Assembly (NCBI GenBank): GCA_017416535.1
Contig: JAFQCG010000003.1
Span: 132,911 to 196,910, forward strand
Origin: Bacilli bacterium
Lineage (GTDB): Bacteria; Bacillota_I; Bacilli_A; RF39; UBA660
Length of the DNA stretch: 64,000 bases
Direction: 5' to 3'
Under the pieces are notes generated by a model. That model was not told the DNA's origin and searched no databases. It saw only the letters and a list, made by a program, of their open reading frames with translations. How positions within the stretch are numbered: position 1 is the stretch's first letter; the number at the start of each line of letters is the position of its first letter. Of the stretch, positions 9,249-19,290 are shown piece by piece. The position numbers were made by a program, and so were the translations under genes.

Positions 9249-9839
9249 ATGATGAAAGAAATAGTTTTAAAAAGTTGTAGACCAGAAGAATATGGAGATG
9301 AAGTAGTAACTTGTAGAGTTATTGAAAACAAAGATATCAACGCATATCTTGCAACAATACCTGAAGAAAAAAGAGTACGTGCAACAAAAGTAGCTCCAGT
9401 TGAAGCTAAGCCTGGTACAGTTGGAGAGGTAATTCACACAGTTTTATTAACTGAAAGAGATGGTAAAACTTACATTATTCACGAAGAAGATGGAACAGTT
9501 GGAGAACGTGAAATTGATGGACAAATGTATCCTGATGTAGTAGTTACAAACATTCACTCAACTTCAAACGAACAATATGTTGTTAAAGCCAACAAATTCG
9601 CAAATATGTATGTAATTAACGAAGATGGAACTTTCACACCACAACCAGATGAAAGAGAATTAGTACAAGTAGATGAAGATATTATTATCATGACAGCATG
9701 GGGATCAGAAGCAGTATGCTTAAAAGGATCATATATCGTAATCTATAATGCAGAAGAAAATGACTTCAACACAATTGAACAAGGTGCCATGAAATCTACA
9801 TATAAAGTGTCTACTCCAAAAACAAAAAAATTAAGCTAA
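9249..9839 (+). CDS. conserved hypothetical protein
   Basis: 196 aa, RBS aagggagg, higher GC than neighbours, no recognisable domain. Confidence 0.5.
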   Translation: MMKEIVLKSCRPEEYGDEVVTCRVIENKDINAYLATIPEEKRVRATKVAPVEAKPGTVGEVIHTVLLTERDGKTYIIHEEDGTVGEREIDGQMYPDVVVTNIHSTSNEQYVVKANKFANMYVINEDGTFTPQPDERELVQVDEDIIIMTAWGSEAVCLKGSYIVIYNAEENDFNTIEQGAMKSTYKVSTPKTKKLS

Positions 9840-9850
9840 CACTAATAAAA

Positions 9851-9880
9851 AAAGAGTATCAAATGATACTCTTTTTATAA
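9851..9880. terminator. bidirectional Rho-independent terminator between convergent genes
   Basis: aaagagtatc-aaat-gatactcttt hairpin flanked by A- and T-runs. Confidence 0.6.
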
Positions 9881-10696
9881 TTCAATTTTTACACTTACTT
9901 CTTCTTCTAACATTTCTGGATTTTGTAAGATATGACTAAGCATCTTAATTGACTTAGCAAAGTAAATTCCATCAGCAATTCTCTCATCTAAAGTAAATCC
10001 AATATCAACAAATGTCTTGCCATCTTCTTCATGCATAACTCCAACTGTTGCTACAATTGAATTAGTTCCATAATTATTTAAATGATGGTAACAACAATTA
10101 GCTTTAACGCTACCTAAATTAGAAAGCATTACAGTGGTAAAGTTAATATCTCCATCACTTAAAAAACTAGGAAGAATTCCATGATAATCTAACCATCTAA
10201 CTAAACTCATTACAAAATTTAGTAACCATCTTGGAAACTTAGTAACAATTCCTAAAATATCATTCATTCCATTTGAATTATCTTTTCTTGTTTTAGAAAC
10301 AATTTCTAATATTTTATTACTAATACTATTTAAATTCATTTCATTTTTTATATCTAAAATAATAAGTCTTTCTTCAGCATTATCCTCTAATTTATTCTTC
10401 GCAACAAAACCAAATAATATATTCTTTCTATCATAATATCTTTGTCCAGAAATATATCTATTAAGTAAAGGTCTATTATAAATGGTTTTTGCCAAAGCAG
10501 TAATAATCGCATGAAATAGAGTAGCCTTTTCATGTTTTTCCTTACCTTTATTAATCTTTTCTAAATACTTAAGTAAGTTTGTTACATCAACTTTTTCAAC
10601 ATAATAAACTTCTGCTTCAGTTCTTTTTTTCATTAAAAATGGCATAATACCATGAACTGAATCAACTTTTTTTACTCTCACACTATCTTTTCTCAT
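9875..10696 (-). CDS. CoA-dependent acyltransferase-fold protein (2-oxoacid dehydrogenase E2 catalytic-domain-like)
   Basis: 273 aa. LDERIADG aligns to the E2 DHRxxDG motif, but with His replaced by Glu. Confidence 0.4.
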   Translation of the reverse strand: MRKDSVRVKKVDSVHGIMPFLMKKRTEAEVYYVEKVDVTNLLKYLEKINKGKEKHEKATLFHAIITALAKTIYNRPLLNRYISGQRYYDRKNILFGFVAKNKLEDNAEERLIILDIKNEMNLNSISNKILEIVSKTRKDNSNGMNDILGIVTKFPRWLLNFVMSLVRWLDYHGILPSFLSDGDINFTTVMLSNLGSVKANCCYHHLNNYGTNSIVATVGVMHEEDGKTFVDIGFTLDERIADGIYFAKSIKMLSHILQNPEMLEEEVSVKIEL

Positions 10697-10853
10697 ATAT
10701 ACTCCTCATATACGTAAATTTTATCATTAAATTACGTTCGAAACAAGTGTAAAATAAAACGTAAATGTATTGTAAATTTTACATATTCATAAAAATTAGA
10801 TATAAAACTATGATAAACTATAATAGAAATAAAATAGAAGAGGAGTCTTAGTT

Positions 10854-11441
10854 ATGAGAATAGGAATCGACATAGATGATACAATTACAAACTCATATAA
10901 AGAGATTTTTGAACAAATAGGTAAATACTACAACGTAAATAGTTATTATTTAATTGAAGAAGGATATAAATACGAAGATGTATCAAAAGATGAAGTAAAC
11001 TTCCCAGGTTATAATAATTTCTGTAGAACAGTAGTAGAAAACTTACTTAAAACAGTTTCACTAAAACATGGTGCCAAAGAAATGATCAAAAAATTACAAG
11101 AAGAAGGCAATGAAATTATTTTAATTACCGCAAGAGACTATCAAGAATTTTCTTCTCCATATGACCTAACAAGACAATTCTTAAAAGAAAATGATATTCC
11201 ATATGATAAATTATATGTAGGAATAAAACAAAAAGGTAGATTCTGCAAAGAGAAAAATATAGATGTCTTAGTAGATGATAGTATTACTCATTGTAAATCT
11301 GCTAAAGAAAATAATATTCCACATTTACTTTTAGATAATACATTTAATAGAGATAATAAAGAATTAGATAGAGTATATGGTTGGTATGATGCCTATAATG
11401 CGCTACATAACTTAAAAGAAGTAAAAATGCAAGAATCCTAG
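10854..11441 (+). CDS. HAD-superfamily 5'(3')-deoxyribonucleotidase-like hydrolase
   Basis: N-terminal IGIDIDDTIT (DxDxT) HAD motif I, 195 aa. Confidence 0.5.
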   Translation: MRIGIDIDDTITNSYKEIFEQIGKYYNVNSYYLIEEGYKYEDVSKDEVNFPGYNNFCRTVVENLLKTVSLKHGAKEMIKKLQEEGNEIILITARDYQEFSSPYDLTRQFLKENDIPYDKLYVGIKQKGRFCKEKNIDVLVDDSITHCKSAKENNIPHLLLDNTFNRDNKELDRVYGWYDAYNALHNLKEVKMQES

Positions 11442-11455
11442 ATTCTTGTTTTTTA
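11430..11455 (+). terminator. Rho-independent terminator
   Basis: caagaatc-ctag-attcttg hairpin plus T6. Confidence 0.55.
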
Positions 11456-11502
11456 TATGAAAATAAGTTATAATATAGCACATTAAAGAAAGGGACTAAT
11501 CT

Positions 11503-12435
11503 ATGCCAATTATTGAAAAAGAAGAACTAGCAAGTAATTTAATAAATGGAAGATATATTCATTATACAGATTGTTATAGTTTTCAAAGACTATATCCTTT
11601 TTGCAATGAAAATGTATCTGGTTATCTAGATTTTTTAGATTTAGATGGTAAATCATTACTAACAGTTGGTTCATCTGCAGATCAAACAATTTGCGCAGTC
11701 ACAAGAGGATGTAGAGATATAACTGTACTAGATATTTGTCCTTTTACAGAAGAATACTTTTATTTGAAAAAATCAGGAATACTAACTTTACCTAAAGAAG
11801 ATTTTGAAAGAGTTCTATTTTACGATGACTACCCACGTACATTTAAACAAAATAAAGACCCTTTTGCCTTGGAAAAATATCCAAGACTACTTCAACAGTT
11901 AAAGAAAGAAAGCGAATCTTCTCATAATTTTTGGTTATCTTTAACAAAAAGTTACAGTGGAGAAATGATAAGAAAAAATCTATTTACAAATGACGAGGAA
12001 AATCCTAAAGTTACAAGATATCTTACGGACTATTTAAAAAGTGAAAGTGCATACTACGAAACAAGGAAAAAATTAAAAGATATAAGACCAACATTTATGA
12101 TTGAAAATATAACACATAGGATTCCTGTAGAAAGAAAATTTGATAACATTGTTCTTTCTAATCTAACAACTTATTTATCTCATGAACAAATAGCTGAATT
12201 ATTAAAAAATCTTATTCCTCATCTTGAAGAAGGAGGAAGGATTATTCTTGGATATATGTATAGAACAAATGAATTTTCTATTTATTGCAAAGAATGGGAT
12301 GATATATATAATATCGAAAGAATAAAATCAATTGACCCAAATATTGAACTAAAAACATTTAGGGGAGTAAAAGGTGTCTTACACGACATGGACAGTATGA
12401 AAGATGCTGTATATGTTTATCAAAAGAAAAAATAA
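11503..12435 (+). CDS. hypothetical protein, class I SAM-methyltransferase-like fold (DUF3419/BtaA-like?)
   Basis: 310 aa. LLTVGSSADQ ... VLDICP ... FDNIVLSNL ... GGRIILGY resemble MTase motifs I, II, IV. Confidence 0.3.
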   Translation: MPIIEKEELASNLINGRYIHYTDCYSFQRLYPFCNENVSGYLDFLDLDGKSLLTVGSSADQTICAVTRGCRDITVLDICPFTEEYFYLKKSGILTLPKEDFERVLFYDDYPRTFKQNKDPFALEKYPRLLQQLKKESESSHNFWLSLTKSYSGEMIRKNLFTNDEENPKVTRYLTDYLKSESAYYETRKKLKDIRPTFMIENITHRIPVERKFDNIVLSNLTTYLSHEQIAELLKNLIPHLEEGGRIILGYMYRTNEFSIYCKEWDDIYNIERIKSIDPNIELKTFRGVKGVLHDMDSMKDAVYVYQKKK

Positions 12436-12467
12436 TTTATGATATAATACATAATAGAGGTGATTAT

Positions 12468-13682
12468 ATGAAACATATAGTAATAGTAGGTGGAGGAGCA
12501 TCTGGATTAATTTCTGCAATACATGCTAAAACTTCAAATAATAAAGTTACAGTTTTAGAAAGAAATTCTTCTTGTGGTAAGAAAATTCTTGCAACAGGAA
12601 ATGGAAAGTGTAATTATTGGAATATAGATCAAAATATAAAACATTATCATAGTAACAATGAAGAATTATTAGAACAAATAATCACTAAAGAAATGCAAGA
12701 TAAAGTAATTAATTTCTTTAATAGTCTTGGAATAGTACCAAAAATAAAAAATGGTTATTATTATCCATTTTCAAATCAAGCAACAACAATAAAAAATGCT
12801 TTACTAAATGAAGTAAAGAAAAAAGATATTGAAATAAGACAAGACTTTTTAGTAGAAAGTATTGAAAAAGAAGATAATCACTTTATAATTAAAAGTTCAA
12901 ATGAAATTATAAAAGCTGACAAAGTAATTATCGCAACAGGATCTTGTGCATCACCAAAAACAGGATCAGATGGAATTGGATATAAACTATTAAAAAGATT
13001 ATCTCATACAGTAATTGAACCTAAACCAGCATTAGTTCAATTAAAAACAACAGGTAATTTCTTAAAAGAATGGGCAGGAATAAGAACTGATGTAAAAGTA
13101 TCATTATATGAAAATGATAAATTAATAAAAGAAGAATCTGGAGAAATTCAATTAACTGATTATGGAATAAGTGGTATATGTGTATTTAATTTAAGTAGAT
13201 ATGTATCAATTGGATTAGAAAAAAATTTAAATGAAGAAGTAATGATTAACTTCCTACCATTTATAGAAAAAAATCCATATGAATATCTAACAAATTTATT
13301 AAAAAATAATTATTCAGTAAAAACACAATTGGAAAACATATTAAATAATAAATTAGTAACAGTTATCTTAAATAAAACTAATATTGATGAAAACAAATCA
13401 TTTAATAATCTAAGAGAAGATGAAAAAGTAAGATTAATAAATAACTTAATCTCTTTTAAAGTAAAAGTAATTGGAACAAACTCTTTTGATCAAGCTCAAG
13501 TATGTTCTGGAGGTATACCTCTAACTGAAATAGATCTAACTACAATGGAATCTAAACTTGTTAAAGGTTTATATATAGTTGGAGAATTACTTGATGTAGA
13601 TGGTGATTGTGGTGGTTATAACTTAGGTTTTGCATGGATGAGCGGTATTAAAGCAGGAATTGGATGTAGTGAAAATGATTAG
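12468..13682 (+). CDS. BaiN/HI0933-family NAD(P)/FAD-dependent oxidoreductase
   Basis: N-terminal IVIVGGGASGL Rossmann motif; 404 aa HI0933-like architecture. Confidence 0.75.
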   Translation: MKHIVIVGGGASGLISAIHAKTSNNKVTVLERNSSCGKKILATGNGKCNYWNIDQNIKHYHSNNEELLEQIITKEMQDKVINFFNSLGIVPKIKNGYYYPFSNQATTIKNALLNEVKKKDIEIRQDFLVESIEKEDNHFIIKSSNEIIKADKVIIATGSCASPKTGSDGIGYKLLKRLSHTVIEPKPALVQLKTTGNFLKEWAGIRTDVKVSLYENDKLIKEESGEIQLTDYGISGICVFNLSRYVSIGLEKNLNEEVMINFLPFIEKNPYEYLTNLLKNNYSVKTQLENILNNKLVTVILNKTNIDENKSFNNLREDEKVRLINNLISFKVKVIGTNSFDQAQVCSGGIPLTEIDLTTMESKLVKGLYIVGELLDVDGDCGGYNLGFAWMSGIKAGIGCSEND

Positions 13683-15243
13683 AATAAGACAAATAAAAAT
13701 ACCAATATTAAATGAACAAACACTACATGATAAAATAGCAAAACAATTAAAAGTAAATAAACAAGATATAAAAAATATAACTATAATCAAAAAATCACTT
13801 GATGCAAGAAAAAAAGATAATTTATTTTATGTTTTTGAAGTTGATGTAGATATAAAAAATGAAGAACAAATTTTAAAAAACAATAAATCAACTGATATAT
13901 TTAAAACACCAAATGAAGAATATATTTTTCCTAAAGTAAAAAAAGATATTAAACCAATAATTGTAGGAACAGGTCCAGCAGGATTATTCGCTGCCTATAT
14001 TCTTGCAGAAAATGGTATTAAACCTTTAGTAATTGAAAGAGGAGAAAAAGTAGAAGAAAGAGTAAAAACAATTGAAACATTTTGGGAAACAGGAAAACTA
14101 AATCCAGAATCAAATGTCCAATTTGGTGAAGGAGGAGCAGGAACATTTTCTGATGGAAAATTAAATACTCTTGTTAAAGATAAAGCATTTAGAGGTAAAA
14201 AAATATTTGAAATATTTGTAGAAAATGGCGCACCAAAAGAAATAATGTATGAGAATAAACCTCATATAGGAACAGATATATTAAGAAAAGTTATTGTTAA
14301 TATGAGAAATAAAATTATTTCTATGGGTGGAGAAATCCTATATAATACAAAACTAACTAATATTAATATCCAAGATAATAAACTTGTAAGTATAGAAGTA
14401 AACGACACCCAGACAATACCATGTAATGACTTAATACTTGCAATAGGTCATAGTGCTAGAGATACATTTAAAATGTTATATGAAAAAAATGTATCTATGT
14501 CAGCTAAATCATTCGCCGTAGGAGTTAGAATAGAACATCCTCAAGAAATGATAAACATAAGTCAATACGGAGAAAAGTATTATAAATATTTACCACCAGC
14601 AAGTTACAAATTAACATATACAACAAAAGAAAATAGAGGAGTATATTCATTTTGTATGTGCCCCGGAGGATATGTAGTAAATGCTTCATCTGAAGAAAAT
14701 AGATTAGTAGTAAATGGAATGAGTAATTACAAACGTGATACTAAAAATGCTAATAGTGCTTTAGTTGTCACAATATCACCAAAAGACTTTGGAGAACATC
14801 CTCTTTCAGGAATAGAATTTCAAAGAAAATTAGAAGAATTAGCCTATATAAATGGTAATGGAAAAATTCCTCTACAATTATATGAAGACTATAAATTAAA
14901 TAAAGCAACTGAAAAATTAGGAACATTTACTCCAGTGACAAAAGGTAATTATAAATTTTCAAATTTAAATGAAATATTTCCAGAGTACATAAATAATTCT
15001 CTAAAAGAAGCAATTGAATATTTTGGAAATAAAATATCAGGATATAATAGAAATGATGCAATTCTTCTTGGAGTAGAAAGTAGAACATCATCACCAGTCC
15101 AAATAAAAAGAGATGAAAATGGACTATCAAATATTGAGGGTTTATATCCATGTGGCGAAGGGGCTGGATACGCTGGAGGAATTACGACAGCTGCAATGGA
15201 TGGCCTAAAAACAGCTGAAAATATAGTGAATAAGTATATATAA
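13660..15243 (+). CDS. FAD-dependent dehydrogenase (COG2509-like)
   Basis: 527 aa, IIVGTGPAGLFAA FAD motif; overlaps the upstream gene by 23 nt. Confidence 0.7.
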   Translation: MDVVKMIRIRQIKIPILNEQTLHDKIAKQLKVNKQDIKNITIIKKSLDARKKDNLFYVFEVDVDIKNEEQILKNNKSTDIFKTPNEEYIFPKVKKDIKPIIVGTGPAGLFAAYILAENGIKPLVIERGEKVEERVKTIETFWETGKLNPESNVQFGEGGAGTFSDGKLNTLVKDKAFRGKKIFEIFVENGAPKEIMYENKPHIGTDILRKVIVNMRNKIISMGGEILYNTKLTNINIQDNKLVSIEVNDTQTIPCNDLILAIGHSARDTFKMLYEKNVSMSAKSFAVGVRIEHPQEMINISQYGEKYYKYLPPASYKLTYTTKENRGVYSFCMCPGGYVVNASSEENRLVVNGMSNYKRDTKNANSALVVTISPKDFGEHPLSGIEFQRKLEELAYINGNGKIPLQLYEDYKLNKATEKLGTFTPVTKGNYKFSNLNEIFPEYINNSLKEAIEYFGNKISGYNRNDAILLGVESRTSSPVQIKRDENGLSNIEGLYPCGEGAGYAGGITTAAMDGLKTAENIVNKYI

Positions 15244-15247
15244 TAAG

Positions 15248-15277
15248 GGAACTTGGAACTACTCAAGTTCTTTTTTA
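15248..15277 (+). terminator. Rho-independent terminator
   Basis: ggaacttg...caagttc hairpin plus T6. Confidence 0.55.
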
Positions 15278-15280
15278 TTT

Positions 15281-15309
15281 GACAAAATCGAACATTTGTG
15301 GTATAATGT
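15281..15309 (+). promoter_or_regulatory. sigma-A promoter with extended -10
   Basis: TTGACA, 17-nt spacer, tgg TATAAT. Confidence 0.5.
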
Positions 15310-15339
15310 GTACACTCATATGGATAGGGGGTAGGTAGT

Positions 15340-17133
15340 ATGAGTAAACTAAGATTAAATAAACAAGGATTAATAGCTTTATTATTAGCAGGAACAATGA
15401 CAGTGTCAGGTTTAATATTTCTTTTACAAAAAGATGATACACCTGAAGTAACTATTGAAAACGGAATTGGATATACAGATATAAACCCACTTTATAACTG
15501 GAATGTAAATCCAGAAGATTTCGTATTATTAGATATTGGAGATCACAATTCAGTTGAAACACACTTCCAAGATAAGAAAATGAAGATGTGTAATGAACAA
15601 GATATTTCATTAGGTGTTATTATTTCAAGTGATGCATCTGATGAAGCTAGTATCTATGATGACGTTGAATATGTTAAAAGTATCGTAAGAGATTATGATG
15701 TTGACTTTCCTGTTTACTTAAATATCGATAGCATTGTTACAAATGATGATTTAAACAATGAAATGAAAACAAAGCTTATTAAAGACTTCTTAGAAAAATG
15801 TTCTGCCAATAATATTTATGTTGGAATACATGGTACTGATACTAACCTATGCCGTGTAAAACAATATTGTAATATTACTGGTTATGATGCATTAGTAGTT
15901 AAAGAAAAAGAAACAATTGACTATGATGGACCATATAATGTATATCAAGAGTTAGATGGTACATTAGTTGCTAAAGAAAATATTGCAGAAGTAATTAACA
16001 AAAAAGATTTAAATGATTCTAAAGGTTTTGCTAGTGATGGTTCATATACAATTTCTTCTGAATCAGAACTTACTGATGTTGCATTACGTTATGGAATGAG
16101 TGTAAATGAAATATTAGAGTTCAATGGAATGAAGAAAAAAGATATTGTAGAAAACACAGTATTAAGAATTCCATCATTAATTGATACAACTGTACCAAAA
16201 GGAGATGTAACATATGAACAATTATCAACTCCAATTAGAGGTTGTGATATGTCATATGCTCAAGGTACAGATATTAAATGGGAAGTAATGCCAGATTATT
16301 TCGATTTCTTAATTTTAAGAAGTAATATAGGTTTAACAGAAGATGACTGTTTTGCAACAAATGCAAAACAAGCTGCTTTAGCAAACATACCAATGGGAGC
16401 TTATTGTTATAATTCATTTAGTTCTGATGACTTTGATAGTAGTGAAGAATTTATTAAAAAACAAGAACAACAAGCAGATTATACAATTTCAGTGTTAAAG
16501 AATAAAAAAGTAGAATTCCCAGTATATTTAGATGTTGAAGGAAAAGTAGATTCTACAACTTATAAAAAAGAAGATGTTCAAGCTATGCTTGATGTATGGG
16601 TAAATAAAATGACTACTTCTGGATATATTCCAGGATTATATTGTAACCAATCTACATTTAGATACTTACAAAGTTGTGTAGATTATGATCTATCTGAAAG
16701 ATTAGAAATTTGGGTAGCAGGTGGAGTTAAATATTCATCAACTGAAGGAGATTGTTCTAAACATAACCATGTTGATATTGAAAATGTATCAGCAAACGAA
16801 GTTATGGATAGCTTATCAGTTAAAGCCCCAATTGTTCAATATACAAATATAGCTAAAGTAACAACAACAGAAAATGGAGAAAAAACAGTTGTTGCAGGTG
16901 ACTCAAGAGACCACTTAGATATTAATTATAGTACAGTTGACTATTCTAGCCAAGAATATACATCAGATGCAAAAAATACATTTGATATTAAAGACTTTGA
17001 TAGAATTGATGGAGAACTATGGTTATATGGTTTACTTGGAGCAGGAGCTGTAGTTGGAGGAACAGTTATTGCTGCTAATATAATTGGTGCTAAAAAAAGA
17101 AAACAAACACCAAAAGTAAAATCCAAAAGATAA
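15340..17133 (+). CDS. cell-wall hydrolase-like protein: N-terminal signal anchor, LysM domain, GH25 muramidase domain, C-terminal TM helix with basic tail
   Basis: LysM: YTISSESELTDVALRYGMSVNEILEFNG. GH25: GCDMSYAQGTDIKWEV ... GAYCYNSF. C-terminus: GLLGAGAVVGGTVIAANIIGAKKRKQTPKVKSKR. Confidence 0.6.
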   Translation: MSKLRLNKQGLIALLLAGTMTVSGLIFLLQKDDTPEVTIENGIGYTDINPLYNWNVNPEDFVLLDIGDHNSVETHFQDKKMKMCNEQDISLGVIISSDASDEASIYDDVEYVKSIVRDYDVDFPVYLNIDSIVTNDDLNNEMKTKLIKDFLEKCSANNIYVGIHGTDTNLCRVKQYCNITGYDALVVKEKETIDYDGPYNVYQELDGTLVAKENIAEVINKKDLNDSKGFASDGSYTISSESELTDVALRYGMSVNEILEFNGMKKKDIVENTVLRIPSLIDTTVPKGDVTYEQLSTPIRGCDMSYAQGTDIKWEVMPDYFDFLILRSNIGLTEDDCFATNAKQAALANIPMGAYCYNSFSSDDFDSSEEFIKKQEQQADYTISVLKNKKVEFPVYLDVEGKVDSTTYKKEDVQAMLDVWVNKMTTSGYIPGLYCNQSTFRYLQSCVDYDLSERLEIWVAGGVKYSSTEGDCSKHNHVDIENVSANEVMDSLSVKAPIVQYTNIAKVTTTENGEKTVVAGDSRDHLDINYSTVDYSSQEYTSDAKNTFDIKDFDRIDGELWLYGLLGAGAVVGGTVIAANIIGAKKRKQTPKVKSKR

Positions 17134-17140
17134 TCTTGAA

Positions 17141-17166
17141 AACTATTCGAAAGAATAGTTTTTTTG
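17141..17166 (+). terminator. Rho-independent terminator
   Basis: aactattc-gaaa-gaatagtt hairpin plus T5. Confidence 0.6.
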
Positions 17167-17196
17167 TGTTACAATTATAAAAGAAAGAGGTGGACT

Positions 17197-18138
17197 ATGG
17201 AATTAGTAAAAGATATATATGAAGCAAACTGTATAACTCATAGTGGTACAATGCATGCAGATGACATATTCTCAACAGCATTTTTAGATTTATATTTAGG
17301 AAATGTTAAAGTCTTTAGAACAACAAATATTCCACTGGATATAGATAAAAATGTAATTATATATGATCTTGGAAGAGGTAAGTTTGATCATCATCAAGAT
17401 GACGCCCTTAAAAGAGATAACGGAATTACATATTGTGGATTTGGACTATTATGGAAAGAATTTGGAAGAGACTTCCTAGAAAAAAGAAATATTGAAAAAG
17501 TCGAAGAAGTATTTAATGCCTTTGATAAAGATTTCATAGAAGCAATAGATGCTGATGATAATGGAGTGTTTCCTAAAATAGATGCACCATATAAAGTGAA
17601 AACACTAAGTGAAGTATTTAAATTATTTAATCCAGGGTATAAAAGTGGTCAAAATGAAAATGATCAATTTAAAAAAGCAGTGTCTTTTGCAAAAGCAATT
17701 ATTGAAGAAGAACTATTAAGTGTAATAGGAAAAGTTATTGCAAAAGAACAAGTTTTAAAAGCATTAGAAAAAAAAGAAAATCATGCTTTATTTTTAGATG
17801 AATATATGCCATATGAACAAACTGTTCTGCAAGAAGAATCAGCAAATGATGTATATTTTGCAGTATATCCTTCAAATAGAGGAGGGTATGGAATAAAAAC
17901 AATTCCTATATCACAAGAAGATCATACAAAAAGATTAGACTTTCCAGCTAGTTGGGCAGGATTAGTCGATCAAGAACTAGAAAATGTGTCTGGAATAAAA
18001 GGATTAAGATTTTGTCATGCAACAAGATTTTTAGCAACATGTGATACATTAGAAACAGCTAAACTTGTAATAGAAAAAACATTAAATGAGTCAAATGACT
18101 GTCCACAAAGTGAAAATTCACTTGATAATCTAATATAA
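17197..18138 (+). CDS. MYG1 family (UPF0160) metal-dependent hydrolase
   Basis: HSGTMHADDIFSTAF N-terminal motif. Start placed at the ATG at 17197, after RBS aagaaagaggtgg. Confidence 0.7.
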   Translation: MELVKDIYEANCITHSGTMHADDIFSTAFLDLYLGNVKVFRTTNIPLDIDKNVIIYDLGRGKFDHHQDDALKRDNGITYCGFGLLWKEFGRDFLEKRNIEKVEEVFNAFDKDFIEAIDADDNGVFPKIDAPYKVKTLSEVFKLFNPGYKSGQNENDQFKKAVSFAKAIIEEELLSVIGKVIAKEQVLKALEKKENHALFLDEYMPYEQTVLQEESANDVYFAVYPSNRGGYGIKTIPISQEDHTKRLDFPASWAGLVDQELENVSGIKGLRFCHATRFLATCDTLETAKLVIEKTLNESNDCPQSENSLDNLI

Positions 18139-18195
18139 AAAATATATAATTTAGTACGTAAGCAAACAGAACAACTTGCAAGAAAAACAGAAGAG

Positions 18196-18789
18196 GTGTA
18201 TTCATTAATGTATTATAAGAATTTATATAGAAAAGAAATGATTAAAAACTTTATAATAATAGGAATTATTTTATTTGTTGCAGTATTCTCAACATATCAT
18301 ATATATTATGCATTTAGTAATACTGAGGAAATTGATTATAGTTCAACTTCTTTAGATATTACATTTCATGAAGAAACAGGAGAAGAATTAGATATAACAA
18401 AAATAACTCCATTAACAGACTCTGTAGGATTATCATCAAAAGGACACTCTATTACAATAACAAATAATCTAACAGAAGAAGTTAATTATAAGATAAAAAT
18501 AGTTGATAACGAAAAGAAAATGCAAGAACAAAATTGTGTAGGAATAACAATTCCACGTGAAGAAATCAGAGTATCAATTAAACAGTCTGGAGAAGAAACA
18601 GAAGTGTACAAATTATCTGATTTAGAAGATGGTGTAATTCTTTCGACAAGAGCAAAAGCTTTAGAAGAAGAAAAGTACACAATTAGAATATGGGTAAATA
18701 ATGAAACATCTCTACCAAGTGGAAGTAAACATCATTACCATGGACTAATTCAAGTTGTTGAAAATGATACAACTGTAGCAGTTAGATAG
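18196..18789 (+). CDS. hypothetical N-terminally membrane-anchored protein
   Basis: 197 aa, one N-terminal TM helix; the start may be the internal Met (MIKNF). Confidence 0.35.
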   Translation: MYSLMYYKNLYRKEMIKNFIIIGIILFVAVFSTYHIYYAFSNTEEIDYSSTSLDITFHEETGEELDITKITPLTDSVGLSSKGHSITITNNLTEEVNYKIKIVDNEKKMQEQNCVGITIPREEIRVSIKQSGEETEVYKLSDLEDGVILSTRAKALEEEKYTIRIWVNNETSLPSGSKHHYHGLIQVVENDTTVAVR

Positions 18790-18800
18790 GAAGGTGCAAT

Positions 18801-19286
18801 ATGGATATAGATTTAAGTTTATTACATAGTGGTACAATTCCAGAAATAGATATAACAAATACTTATACCCTTACAAAAGAGTATTATGAAAATACTGGAG
18901 TATTAGAATTAAAAGATATAGAAGTTGAAGGAAAAATATATCGTGGTGCAGCGGAAGACGAAATAGACGAATTCCAAGATTACATTAATTGTAAAATAAC
19001 AGGAACAATGATTATTGAAGATTCTATATCATTAGAACCAGTAGAATACCCATTTTCAGCAGAATATGATGATATTCTTGAAGAAAATTGCAAAAAAAAC
19101 GAAAATACACTTGATATATTCCAGTTTTTGTGGGAAAATATTGTACTAGAGATCCCCTTACAGTTTACTAAGGTTAAAGATCTCAGTAAATTTCATGGGG
19201 ATGGATGGAAACTAATTAGAGAAGATGAGTTAACAAATTCTAATAATCCATTTAGTGATTTATTAAAAGATTTTAAAGAGGAGTGA
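18801..19286 (+). CDS. yceD: YceD/DUF177 family protein (large-subunit ribosome accumulation protein)
   Basis: 161 aa, acidic, immediately upstream of rpmF as in other Firmicutes. Confidence 0.65.
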   Translation: MDIDLSLLHSGTIPEIDITNTYTLTKEYYENTGVLELKDIEVEGKIYRGAAEDEIDEFQDYINCKITGTMIIEDSISLEPVEYPFSAEYDDILEENCKKNENTLDIFQFLWENIVLEIPLQFTKVKDLSKFHGDGWKLIREDELTNSNNPFSDLLKDFKEE

Positions 19287-19290
19287 TAAT

